From: Octopus sinensis
Lineage: Eukaryota
NCBI RefSeq assembly: GCF_006345805.1
Contig: NC_043015.1
Location: 52,452,001 to 52,516,000 of the forward strand
Reading direction: 5' to 3'
Length of the DNA stretch: 64,000 bases
Of the stretch, positions 44,049-55,738 are shown piece after piece. The notes beneath the pieces are model-generated. The model saw only the letters and a program-made list of their open reading frames with translations. It made no database searches and had not been told where the DNA came from. Position 1 is the stretch's first letter; each line of letters begins with the position of its first letter. Position numbers and translations under genes: made by a program.

Positions 44049-44405
44049 CTGAAAGTGGAAAAAAAAAAAACGAAAAATAGAAAAAGAAGATAAAAATAAA
44101 AATTAATGAAAATAAAGGTAATAAAAACAATGAAGAATTATCATCATTGTCATTTTAATGTCTGCTTTTCCATGCTCACCTAGTTTGGATGGAATTTGCT
44201 GCGGCGAATTTTCCACAACCAGATGACCTTCCTGTTGCCAACCCTCACCTTGTTTCCAAGTAAGGTAATATTTCCTCATGACCAGATATGTCGTGGTGTG
44301 CAGGAAACAAAGAACACTATTTGTGTGATCTTCTGGCTTACAAATGTCATACATTGTCAAAGCAAAGAGACAAGCATGCATGCATGCACACATGTATGTA
44401 CGCAT

Positions 44406-44902
44406 GACAGGCTTCTTTCAGTTTACACAAGTGGTTCCCACTTGGGGCCCAGATAAGAATTGTGGGGTCCATGCAATAAAATAGTAAATTGGGGATCCAC
44501 ATTAATATTTTAAGAACCCCTAAAAAATTTTCCTTTAGATATATGTATTGGTCTGTATTGCAAGAAACAGCTGGGTTTCTTTCTCTAACATTTTACATAG
44601 TTCAACCTACACAAGTTAATGTGTGAAATACAAAATACAAATTTTGAAAGAATTTTCTATAAAACTAGTTTTTAAACATTGAATGACTATGGGGGTTCCA
44701 CCAGAATAAAATAGTAATCAAAGGGGTCCATAGGTAAAAAATACTTGAGAGCCCTTTGGTTTATACCTACCAAACCTACTCACAAAGCTTTGATTAGCCC
44801 AGGGCTATAACAGAAGACAATTGGCCGAAGTAACACATGGTGGGACTGAACCCTGAACCATGTGCTTAGGGAATAAACTTCTAACCACACAGCTACACTT
44901 GC
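44406..44902 (-). mobile_element. tRNA-derived SINE (family C, head ..GGCTGTGTGGTTAG..GGTTCAGTCCCAC) split by MITE
   Basis: Same family as 18420-18559 and 19768-19990. B-box-like GGTTCAGTCCC on the minus strand. Confidence 0.7.
44429..44758. mobile_element. hAT-type MITE inserted into a SINE
   Basis: Degenerate TIRs AAGTGGTTCCCA...TTGAGAGCCCTTTG and 8-bp TSD GTTTACAC/GTTTATAC. The flanks rejoin into a contiguous SINE. Confidence 0.7.
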
Positions 44903-45903
44903 TAACAATCTATAATGCACCTGAGCATGTTGTGATTTTTAATAATGATTGTTATTTGCACATATAAAAAAAAAAAAAGTAAAAAAAAGCTGGGAGTTAA
45001 TTTGGCATGATTGGGTGGGAAAGAAATTTGAAATTTCATATATTAGTCCTTCTTTGAAAGAGATATCTGTGTGTAAATGCACAGGCCAGAGCTCATAGGT
45101 GCAGGCAATTTGGGACAGTTTTGGCTTCAATACAATTGTGTGGCACCTTGGGTTGACCAGCGTCTTATGAATAAAATTTGCTGTGTGAAAGCATATCATG
45201 TATATGTCTTTGTGTAGCTTCACATCGAACTGATACTACTTGGGCAGCAGTGGTGATGCTAGTGTCTCCAGTAAACAAAATCCAGACAGCTTGGCAAGTG
45301 GAAAGCACTGGGATAAAATACTCTGCTTGAAAACAAGAAGGGTGTCTAGCTGTAGAATAATACTGCTGCAACAAATCTCGTCCAACTCATGCCAGCATGG
45401 AAAAGCAGACATGAAAACAATGATGATGATCTTAATATGCTGGATGTTGCTAAAAAGTATTTGAAGATGGACAAATGCCAGAAAAGTTAGATTTTTTTAC
45501 TTTTACAAAAAATAATTCATTGTATTTTATTTTTTATCTACAAACTTTTTTAAGTATAAATAACCATTGATTAAGCTTAACCATAAATAATTATTGAGGT
45601 ATGTGTGTCTGTGGCCAAGGAAATATGTATGTTATTACAGTTAATTTAGAAATACAAGTGTATAGTTCAAATCCTGTCAGGCATCTTGTGTACTTCTAGA
45701 AACAAGAGAGCTGACATCACAACAGGATATCAGAGAAACATACTATGAAGATGTAAATATTTAAAAAGATCTTTTAACTGTAAAGGTTTGCTTAGATGTC
45801 AAAAATATTAGTGTCATTAACAAAAAGTCTGATATGCACACACAATGTGTGAGCATGTGTATACACACACACACACATATATTTCCAAATAAGTATATAT
45901 ATA

Positions 45904-45982
<79 letters not shown>

Positions 45983-45998
45983 GTATATATATTATATG

Positions 45999-46030
<32 letters not shown>

Positions 46031-46109
46031 GCGACACCAGTGCCTGAATAGACACTGAGATTTATATATATCATTGACAGGAGATTTGACTTATCATGCT
46101 GCTGGACAT

Positions 46110-46480
46110 CTGTCACTGAGAACTATGTGTGCTATTATAGACTGAGCAATACGGATCATATGTTTGCATGGAGTCTAAATCCATACAGCACCAGAGAGAA
46201 TTGCTCGATGGTTGAACAAGCTGGAGAAAAAAAAAGCAGTCAAATCTATCCCAAAAACATATTCTGTCATCCTAAAAGAAGATATTATAGTTCCAGAAAC
46301 ACAAAGACTGGATGGTTATGGCTGGAACACTTTCGATTAATAATAGGTCTGCACAGAGTCCGAAATGACACAATGGAGACAACAATGGGCATCAACAAGG
46401 TCAGTGACAAAATAAGATGCAGAGGCGGGAACGCAGACAAGATTGAGAAAGTGACTGTCTGGTGGCACTAAAATGTAAGC
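46110..46480 (+). mobile_element. RTE-type LINE fossil
   Basis: HRVRNDTMETTMGINKVSDKIR resembles DRIRNE.IR...GV..I..K.R. Confidence 0.45.
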
Positions 46481-46564
46481 CTCAGGGGGAAATAGCAGCA
46501 GGGTGCCTTAAAACCACATGGTAAAGGATCATTGACAAGGAGGTCAGAACAGCAGCAGAAACAG

Positions 46565-46640
46565 AGGTGGCAGAAACGTTAGCATGCCAGGCAAAATGCT
46601 TAGTGGTATTTCATCTGTCTTTATGTTCTAAGTTCAACAG
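46565..46640 (+). mobile_element. SINE family A 5' fragment
   Basis: GGCAGAAACGTTAGCATGCCAGGCAAAATGCTTAGTGGTATTTC. Confidence 0.65.
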
Positions 46641-46808
46641 AAACATCTCCGTATTCAAGTTAAATTTTGCATTTGCTTATGATGAGGAATTTACAGAAGT
46701 GCAGTGGACAAAATGCGTTGCAGTATTTGTATTTATTCTTACATTCTGAGTTCAGATCCCATTGAAGGTTCCCTGTCCCATACATTTCTGGTCTTGTGCA
46801 ATTATAGT

Positions 46809-47130
46809 GGAGATGCAATGGCCCAGTGGTTAGGGCAGCAGACTTGCAGTCATAGGATCACAGTTTCGATTCCCAGACCGGGCGTTGTGAGTGCTTATTG
46901 AGTGAAAACACAAAGCTCTATGAGGCTCTGGCAAGGGGTGGTGGCGAACCCTGCTGTACTCTTTCACCACAACTTTCTCTTACTCTTTCTTCCTGTTTCT
47001 GTTGTACCTGTATTTCAAAGGGATAGCTGAATCTCCCCACGAATTACGTTAAGGGTACATGTGTGTCTGTGGAGTGCTAAGCACCTTGCACATTAATTTC
47101 ATGAGCAGGCTGTTCCGTTGATCAGATCAA
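46809..47130 (+). mobile_element. tRNA-derived SINE, family B
   Basis: A-box TGGCCCAGTGG and B-box GTTTCGATTCC, followed by a body ending GAGCAGGCTGTTCCGTTGATC. Inverted relative to the copy at 15704-16031. Confidence 0.85.
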
Positions 47131-47375
47131 CAAAGTGCTGTAGTGTGCAATCATAATTGTCATCAAAAATAATTAACTATAAATTGTCATCTAAAATAAT
47201 TAACAACAAACAAGATGAGGATAGATATTTGTCAAATGTAAATAATGTACATAACTCATCTCTTAAATATAGAACTGTATATCAAAAATAATGTAGAGAG
47301 AAAGATGAATAGAGTTGTAGATAGATAAATAGAAAGTGATGAGTGAAGGCAAATACAAGTGAAAGAAAAACTTAC

Positions 47376-47460
47376 CCTCCATTAGATGCACAAACTTACA
47401 TTGTGGCCTGTTACACTGGCTAGACTTAAAATCGCGGCACAGTGGGAGGGTGTCCAGCAA
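47376..47460 (-). CDS. mbl: Muscleblind coding exon (85 nt, phase 0 to 1), CCCH finger LLDTLPLCRDFKSSQCNRPQCKFVHLME
   Basis: Acceptor tctcttccAG and donor GAGG|GTAAGT. C-x7-C-x4-C-x3-H finger preceded by the MBNL-type D.L.VCR.F motif. The final G joins AT of the next exon to give Asp. Confidence 0.93.
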
Positions 47461-47991
47461 CTGGAAGAGAAAGGATAAACATAAGAAATGTATTCTTTGA
47501 GTCGGAACATTATTTCATTTGAGAGAGAGCAAAAAGAGAGACAAGTGAGAGAAAGACAAAAAGATTGATTAAGAGAGGAAAAGAAAAGGTGGAGTAAGAA
47601 AGTGACAGTTGTAGAGAAAGAGAGAGGGGGAGAGAGAAAGAATAAACAGGTTTGAAAGAGGGAGACAGAGAGAGATACACATATGTAATAGAGAGCAAGA
47701 GATGGATGAGGACAAGTATATAAGAAATTCCTATATTAAGGAATCTTGTTAATTTTGCTAATTACAAAATGAACTAAACAAGAATATGTTAATACACACA
47801 GCATCCCATACATACACATAAAAGATACATGCATACCCATTTAATTTGGTGTGGTGTGTGTATAAAACAAAAAGAAAATTCATTTTAAAAAATTGCAAAC
47901 ATATACAACCTCACCAAAATATTTATAAACAAACAAAAATACAATCAATCTATCAAATAAATATATACAGCAACTGCAACAGCAATATGTG

Positions 47992-48787
47992 GTTGCTAGT
48001 GAAGTAGCATGATCAAAATGAAGTAGCCACATGTTAACATCAAAGAAAATGTTTGGAGAAGAATTTAAAAAAAAGATAAATATGCTACATGAAGTATCTA
48101 TGACAACAGAATTGTAACAACCAAATGCCTTCACATTCATCAGCCACCCCCACCATTATCCCCAAATGTTGCTAATTAAATAAAAACCCATTAGCAACAA
48201 AGCAGCCAATTTGGTAATAAAGTATAGACCAGACAAGATATGTTCTATGTAATGTTGCTGATAGAACCTAGACAACTGAGTGCCCTCTCCGTGTAGATGT
48301 TGCTAATTAAAGAGGAACTTGTTAGTAATGAAGAGGCAAACTCAATTAAAATGTAATTAACTTGACTATGTTATTACATGAAGACTGATTGATCTGTAGA
48401 GTTGGTAGCAATGAGGTTTTAACCAAATTAGTTAAACATGTTAACTAAGAAGATGGAGGTAACTAAATATTAAGATTTGAATAACAGATAAGCATACAGC
48501 AAAAACAGTAGGCTCAGCATTAGTAATGTGTTGCTAACAGGTTAATAGATGTGTGTCAAGTGGACAGAAACCAAAGGTGTTGACAATTAAATAGCAACAC
48601 ACAACAGAATGATACAAAGTAATGTTGAACAATGAAATCAACTAAATGGCAACATGTCAGCAATGATTTAGCAACGACTTCATTGCAAAAAAAAAAAAAA
48701 TCCAATGCATTAAAAAATAGATAGCAACACATTGCTATGCCACTGGTAGATATACAAATAGTGATGTGTTAATGATGGGATAGCAAC
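47992..48787. promoter_or_regulatory. Homotypic cluster of GTTGCTA/TAGCAAC (RFX half-site-like) in mbl intron
   Basis: Nine exact heptamers at 47992, 48168, 48192, 48299, 48530, 48592, 48669, 48722 and 48781, plus four 1-mismatch variants. The enhancer function is inference. Confidence 0.4.
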
Positions 48788-49326
48788 ATTTTGGGAAAAA
48801 TGGATAGATATATCAAAAGGAAAAAACACATACACACAAATACGGAATATGGAACCGCAAACAAGAATATAAATAGTGTGTATGTATGTGTAGGAGTCTG
48901 AAGGTATTAGTATGTTATGTGGATGCCACTGGAGGTTTTATTGTGCTAATGTGTGCATGCTACCACACATGATGCACATATGCACAATGGTAACAGTTGT
49001 TTTCAAGAATGACAATAAAAGACAAAACCATAAAAAGAAAAAGAACATTGAGTGATAAAAGTAAAACCTAGACGAAATATTTAGTCCCCACGCCACCCCA
49101 TCAACCTAACAACTGAACAAACTGTGCATGTTCATAACCTCAGGAATATTAGTGCATATACCAACATAGATGCATGAATACATCACATTTTGTAAGAATA
49201 AATACTTAAGCCATACATACATACACATATATATGTATATATATGCATATATAGGGTAGCGAATATTCGTTATAAATATCACCACCAATGGTCTTACATG
49301 TATAAATAGTCAATAGACAACATATT

Positions 49327-49552
49327 CATATTTTAAAATAGTGTACATTTAAACACAAAAGAAAATTACCCATTAACAGGTAATTTTCACATGCTAGAAA
49401 TAACAGCCAACATGGCCAAAACCACGATTTAATAGCAGAAGACTGCTATTAAATTGTGGTTTTGGCCATGTTGGCTGTTATTTCTAGCATGTAAAAATTA
49501 CCTGTTAAAGGGTAATTTTCTTTTGTGTTTAAATGTACACTATTTTAAAATA

Positions 49553-49554
<2 letters not shown>
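49327..49554. repeat. Near-perfect palindrome (112-bp arms, 4-nt loop AAGA, 3 mismatches); possible foldback MITE
   Basis: The arm at 49327-49438 is the reverse complement of 49443-49554 except at three positions. Confidence 0.95.
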
Positions 49555-49586
<32 letters not shown>

Positions 49587-49933
49587 CTAAATAACTTTAC
49601 ACATACATACGCTTACATTATCTGACAAGCTTCTTTCAGTTTCTATTCACTTATCTATACACAACCACACACACATGCGTGCCTGGGTGCAGGAGATCCT
49701 GAGTCCTTCTTATCAAACTTATGTGTCATCATAGGATCCAATACCTTATAGTATATTTCTTTCTCGTTTTCTCCACATTTTTCTTTTCTCTCTCTCCCTC
49801 TCTCAGTATTAGTCATTTATTAATTTCCTAAATCTTCTGAAAGACACCTTACACAAGTGACATTTGTTATTGGTGTCAAAGTCTGAAACAAGGCCAGCTA
49901 CATTTGTAATTAATTAATATTAAAAACATCGAT

Positions 49934-50153
49934 AAGGCGGTGAGAGCAGGCAGAACCATTACCATGCTGGGCAAAATGTTTAGTGGCATCTCGTCCATCA
50001 TTACATTCTGCAATCAAGTTCTGCCATGGTAGACTTTGCCTTCCATCCTATCAGAATTGATAAAATAAGTAGCCGTTGAACACTGGGTCGATGTAATCAG
50101 CTTACACTCACCCTCGGAATCGCTGGCCTTGTGCCAAAATTTGAAACCAGTAT
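49934..50153 (+). mobile_element. SINE family A
   Basis: AAGGCGGTGAG..GGCAGAA...GACTTTGCCTTCCATCC...CTGGGTCGATGTAATC...GGCCTTGTGCC. Confidence 0.8.
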
Positions 50154-50159
50154 TAAAAC

Positions 50160-50388
50160 CAGGGCTGTGGAGTTGAAACAAAAAACTTCAACTCCGACTC
50201 CTCTACTATTGGCACCTCCGACTCCAATATGTAATCAAGTGATTGTGGTCTGTATACCCCATAAAGCATATGCATACACTTTGCATGTACTTTGAGTAGG
50301 CCTATATGTTATAACTGGTTAATATTAAAGAATAAAGACATTGTGAGTTGGAGTCAGTATAGTTTTACTGACTGACTCCACAGCCCTG
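50160..50388. mobile_element. hAT-type MITE (229 bp)
   Basis: Perfect 14-bp TIR CAGGGCTGTGGAGT/ACTCCACAGCCCTG and 8-bp TSD ATTAAAAC/ATTCAAAC (7/8). Subterminal ACTCCG/GACTCC repeats. Confidence 0.85.
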
Positions 50389-51136
50389 ATTCAAACCATC
50401 ATTTGCAATTTCTGAGTATTGATCTCTAATGGGTGTATCCATATTTTGCTGCATCAGTTTTCTGTTTTGTCTAATATTAATATTTTATATCCTGGTTGTG
50501 TGGGTCATGTTTCATGAGTGGTTGCATAACACTCACTAAATGTTATGACATTTTCTATTGAGAAATTTTTTATATTATGGTAAATGTTATACCTTTTGAC
50601 AATAACAGAAAAAACTACCTACTTAGTTATGCATGTTTCTGCCTATTCACACACACACATGTGTGTGTGTGTGTGTGTGTGAGTTACTTTCCAACCACAT
50701 CATTTCATGTTCCATCCCACGACATGGTACTTTATTGCTGGGCCACAAGCAGTGGCATTATTGTCATTTCTCCCGGCTTTGTAATTTCAAGGATGTGTGG
50801 AATAAGATACCCCTTACTTTAAAAACAGCTAAGAGTTAACAATGGGAAGGGTATCTAGCGGTAAAAAAAGAATATCCCAATAACATCTTCATGCAATCCA
50901 TGCTGGATTGAAAGATCTAGTGCAAGAACAAGGGATATATTTGCATACACAAAATGTTCCCCCACACATTCCATTTACCAAATTCCACTCATAATGGTCA
51001 ACCCAAGGGTATAGTAAAAGACAATTAGCCTAAGTTCCGTGCAGTAGGATTAAGCCATGTTGTTGCCAGAAAAACTCAAAATTTCTCCTTCTCATCCTTC
51101 TACCTAAATATTGAATTTTTCTTCATATACTACAGG

Positions 51137-51353
51137 CCTTTAGTGTTTAAAATGGCTATAGCTGGTCCAAATAGTCTATCTGGTTTATGTTCATACCAGC
51201 CAGATCCAACCTTTTACACCTATCATACAATATCATTTTAAAAATAAGCAATCACATCATAAAAATCTCAAGTTACAAAGTTGTGTATGGTTAATTTTTT
51301 TTTAATGCAAATAATTAAACATTACATTTAACAGTAATCTGAATGCTTAAGGC
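51137..51353. mobile_element. piggyBac-like MITE
   Basis: CCTTTAGTGTTT...AATCTGAATGCTTAAGGC|TTAA; aligns with 6881-7093. Confidence 0.55.
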
Positions 51354-52416
51354 TTAATATCAATGACTATTTTCACACACACACACACATGCACATCTGA
51401 GTATAAACACATAGATATAAGTGTAGCTAGTCACAATTATCTTTTCAAGAAAGAGCAGACTTCTTTAACTTGAATCTGAAGAAGATGGCATATACCAACT
51501 CAAACAATTCTCCAGACTTTACCAAACTAACACAGCACTGAAAGAATGGCATTGTGATGGCATCGTATAAGAAGTAGAATGTTGAACAGAATTAGAGATA
51601 GAAGAAAAATTCAAGTAGTAATTTTTGACAAATGAAATTGGCAGAGCCTCTTTGGTATAATCGGTAGCACAATTGCCCACTGAACAATAAATGCATGGTT
51701 GAGCATAAACACAAAGTGAAGGAGGAAACGTTTCCTATACATAGAATGAAAAACAGATTTTTAATACAAAGAAAAAATAATGTACAAATACGAAAACTAA
51801 TGCCAGATTTAAATAATTTTCCCCTCCTTTCTTAGAGGATAGCAATAGCAAAGTGTGTGGGCTAGTGGGTGCGGATATTGGAAGTGGGGGACGGGCAATG
51901 TAAAAAGAAATAGAACCATTGTGAAATAACATAGGATATGACTAGAGAAAGAGTTATTTTGCTGTTTCTTTCTTTATTTTATCCACATTCTCAAGTTCTA
52001 TTTTTTATAAAATTGTTTGTTATATGAAGTTTTGTTTGCTTTTAATGGGTTAAGTGTGATTGATAATTAAAAATATGCGGAGAACTTTTTCAAGAAGAAA
52101 TGCTGAAAGCTTGAACTTTTTGCAACGTGCACAAGCCTGACTGTGTGGTATAGATGTAGGTTCAATCTGACAGTGAAGTAAGTATCTTCTTCCATAAATG
52201 TGGGTTGATAAATATTTTAGTACTTAAAACTTGCTAAACAGAAACCTTGTAGTAGCTTGTCACATGTGTGTGTGTGTGTGTTTGCATGTATGAAAAATTA
52301 ATGCTGTGAAAACTAGATGTAAATTAATTTGTGCTATACATGGTGTGATGAATAAATTGATGCCATTTTATATCTTTAATTTTGTGCATGTGCATTATTT
52401 CTGATTTTGTTGACTA

Positions 52417-53162
52417 CAGAGTATAGTAGGGGCAGCTGGGCATTGCCTGTGAGAAAAACAGTATCATGATGCAATTCACTTTGCTAGAAATTTGGAGACG
52501 ACATGCTCTATTGCTTGGCATTCGCACCAAAAGCACCAATACAAACATTTCAGAGAGTTTGGGTGTCAATCTGAGGACATGTCCTGAGAGTGATAAAAAT
52601 CAAACATCCAGCCAACATCATGGGGTTTGGAGTGATCACTAGTGATGGCGATGTTATGCCTCCATTCATCTTCCCACATGGCCTCAGATTCAACACGGAG
52701 GCCTACATCAAGAGCATGGAGGAGGTAGTGCTGCTGGAAGACCCTATGTTTGGCAACAGGACTCTGCACTATGCTACACAAGCAGGAGAACCCAGTCATA
52801 ACTGTCAGACAATTTCTGCAACTACATCACCCCTAACATCTAGCCATCTAATTCCCCTGACTGCAACCCCCTTGATTATTGTGTGGGGTGCAGTTGAGCA
52901 AGACACCAACAAAATTCCTTGTAACACCAAAAGATGAACTGAAGGCAGCATTCACAAACTTAAACAAAGAGACCGTCCATAGAAATTCAGAAGTTGTCTG
53001 GTGATTATAGTTGAAGCCAATGACGATTTTACCGAATAAATTTACTCTTTAGTATTTCAAGATACTTTTATGTAATTTTGGTAAATATATATGTTAAAAT
53101 GAGGTGTGAGTGTTATTTTTATTGTTGCGTAATTTGGATGATAGTTTATTCACTGCACCCTG
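52417..53162 (+). mobile_element. Internally deleted Tc1/mariner DD37D (maT-type) transposon fossil
   Basis: Translates to KHPANIMGFGVITSDGDVMPPFIFP...WQQDSA...NSPDCNPLDY, with exactly 37 residues between the second and third catalytic D and two in-frame stops in that span. Degenerate TIRs: TA|CAGAGTATAGT at left and ACTGCACCCTG at right. Confidence 0.85.
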
Positions 53163-53179
53163 TGTGTATATATATATAA

Positions 53180-53520
53180 TAATCAGCCGAAATTACTACG
53201 ATGATCCGATTCTTGACTGAAGACTGAGGGGTTCGAATGTCCTGTCCATGTTTATTGTATCGTCTTCTATGAGTTATACGTTCTTGTCCATGTTGTATTT
53301 TTCTACATACCTTAATATATATATATATACATATATATACATACACACACACAAACACATATATATTCTCTCTCCGTTTATTTTGTGTTCTTTTCTGTTG
53401 AAGAGCGTAGTAGACATGAAATGTAAAAGACTTTCACACCTTCCCATGCGTTAAACTAATAAACTAATACGCCTGTTTGTTGTTTATACACCTGTCTTTG
53501 TCTTTCTGTAAATTTCAACT
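53180..53520. mobile_element. Interspersed repeat, possibly Penelope-like terminal repeat
   Basis: Contains TTGAAGAGCGTAG..GAAATGTAAAAGACTTTC, which I recall from an abundant octopus repeat; the PLE assignment is inference. Confidence 0.35.
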
Positions 53521-54229
53521 ATATATATATATATATATATATATAGCAACATCACTAGTGCTAGTGGCACAAAAAGGTACCTAGTACACTCTATAAAGTG
53601 GTTGGTGTTAGGAAGAGTACGCTCTGCAGCTTGTCAAACTGCCCAACCCATGCCAGCATGGAAAGCAGATTTAAATGATGATGCTGCTGATATGTGCGTG
53701 TATGTGCTTCAGTCAAACAAAGCAAAGTCATGATCTTTTTCAGGCCTCCAAGACAAAAGATAAAAAGTCATTCTCAGCTGAGAGACCTGATCTGAATATT
53801 TTCTACAAAATGTAATTCTGAAAAGGCGCCCAAGGGCCAAGTGGTGATGTTCAACTGGACAATTGATTAATCCTTAAAAGAAAAAGAAATGCTTATTTAT
53901 TTTTAAATGGGACGGGGGTAGGGGTAGGGGTTGGGTTGGACTAACTGAAGGTGAACTTAGCCACTTCAATAAGCAGAGATCAATGAAACAAGCAGCAGAC
54001 TAAGGACCAGACCAGACTGCCAGAACCAGTGTCAAATAATTGATAAAACCCCTTGAAAATTGTAGTCCAGCAAGACCACAAGAATATAAAGGCTGCAACC
54101 AAAACTGAGTCATTAGTTACATAGATCTCCTTTGTCACAAACAACTGTGCATCCAGACATTTATTTATCTGTCTATTCAACCATCTTTTCCAATTGTCTG
54201 CCTACCAGTGCATCTCTTTTCCTCAATCG

Positions 54230-54282
<53 letters not shown>

Positions 54283-55532
54283 TATATACACACACATAAA
54301 TATATAAATATCTATCACTTCCTCTCCATCTATCTATCTCTCCCTCTCTATCTATTTAACCATCTATCTGTCAGGCTTGAATAAATGGAGAGCTGCCCCC
54401 TAGAAGGAAAAATGCCCCTACCCATCCCTGTAAATACTCCTCATCAATTTTTTTTTTTTTACTTTTGCATCTTACACTCCACCCTAGTAACCCCCTCTCT
54501 CCCATGGAAGGTCCTCATCCAGCTGTCTCTTGTCTAATCAATCCATCTTCTCTCTGTCTAGTAAATTGATAAAGGAGACAACCCAGCACAAGTCACTGAT
54601 CTGAGACACTATAAAATGCCACCTACCCCCTATTGCGCACCAGAGAAAAATAAACAAATAAATCAACCACCCTGTTCACTCATTGCTCATATGTAACCCA
54701 AGACCAGATGGCTCCTCCACCCACCTGGCCACCTCTTCTATGTCACATCCCATCGCACCTCACACTTCTGCTCTAAGCACATTACTTTCTCTGCTTCCCA
54801 CTTCTTTGCTACCATTCCTAATTAATAGATTTTGCTGTCACTATCACCACCAGACACTACACACACACACACACCACACACACAAGGTTCTTCTCTGCCA
54901 TACACTCATCTGCTTAGCCACCATATTCCCACACCACATCTCCTCAGCTTCACCATCCATCATATCTCTCTCTCTCTCTACCTGCCTCCTACCCCTCTCT
55001 CAAATGCAGTCTAATAACAATAGAAGGAATAAGAGAAGCCACTGCAGTTAGAGTGGCGATGGGGTAGGATACATCAGAGAAGCCAAGTAAAAAATATGTG
55101 AGAGAAAAAAAAACATGTCAGACATTTTGTTGGCAGAAAGGACTCTTGGGTGGTTGAACGGGTGGAATATATCAATCAGGGTGGAAGAGCACAAGTAAAA
55201 AAAAAAAGAGTTAAATTCTCTCTCTCTCCACACACACACACACACATGTATATGGCTTGATAAGTGTATTGTGTAATTATTACATGAGACAACACAGTCT
55301 GTCACCAATGACAATTGTATTCTAACAGATTATTGTATTACATAAATTTGTGTACATATGTACGTGTGTATAAATATATAATGTCTGTATCTACAGACAT
55401 ACACACACACACGTGTGTGTATGTGTATGTAGGATTGTAAAATAAGTGTTTATATATATATATATATATATAATATATATATGTGTGTATATATATATAA
55501 AATCCTGCTAATCCACCACCCATAATGATTTT

Positions 55533-55738
55533 TTTCTCCTATAGACACAAAGTCTGAAACTTTTGGCATGAGACGGGTGGGGGCTACTTGATTACATCGA
55601 CCCAATACTTAACTGGTACGTGGCTTCATCAACCCTGAAAGGATGGGAGGCAAAGTCGACCATGGTGGAATTTGAACCGAGAACAAAGTCAGATAAAATG
55701 CTAAGCATGCTAACAATTTTGCTAGGTTGCTACCTTAA
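55533..55738 (-). mobile_element. SINE family A
   Basis: GATTACATCGACCC...CCCTGAAAGGATGGGAGGCAAAGTCGACCATGGTGGAATTTGAAC. Confidence 0.8.

Noticed and set aside
46809-46885. tRNA gene
   Set aside because: A and B boxes are present, but no acceptor stem closes and it continues into a SINE body.
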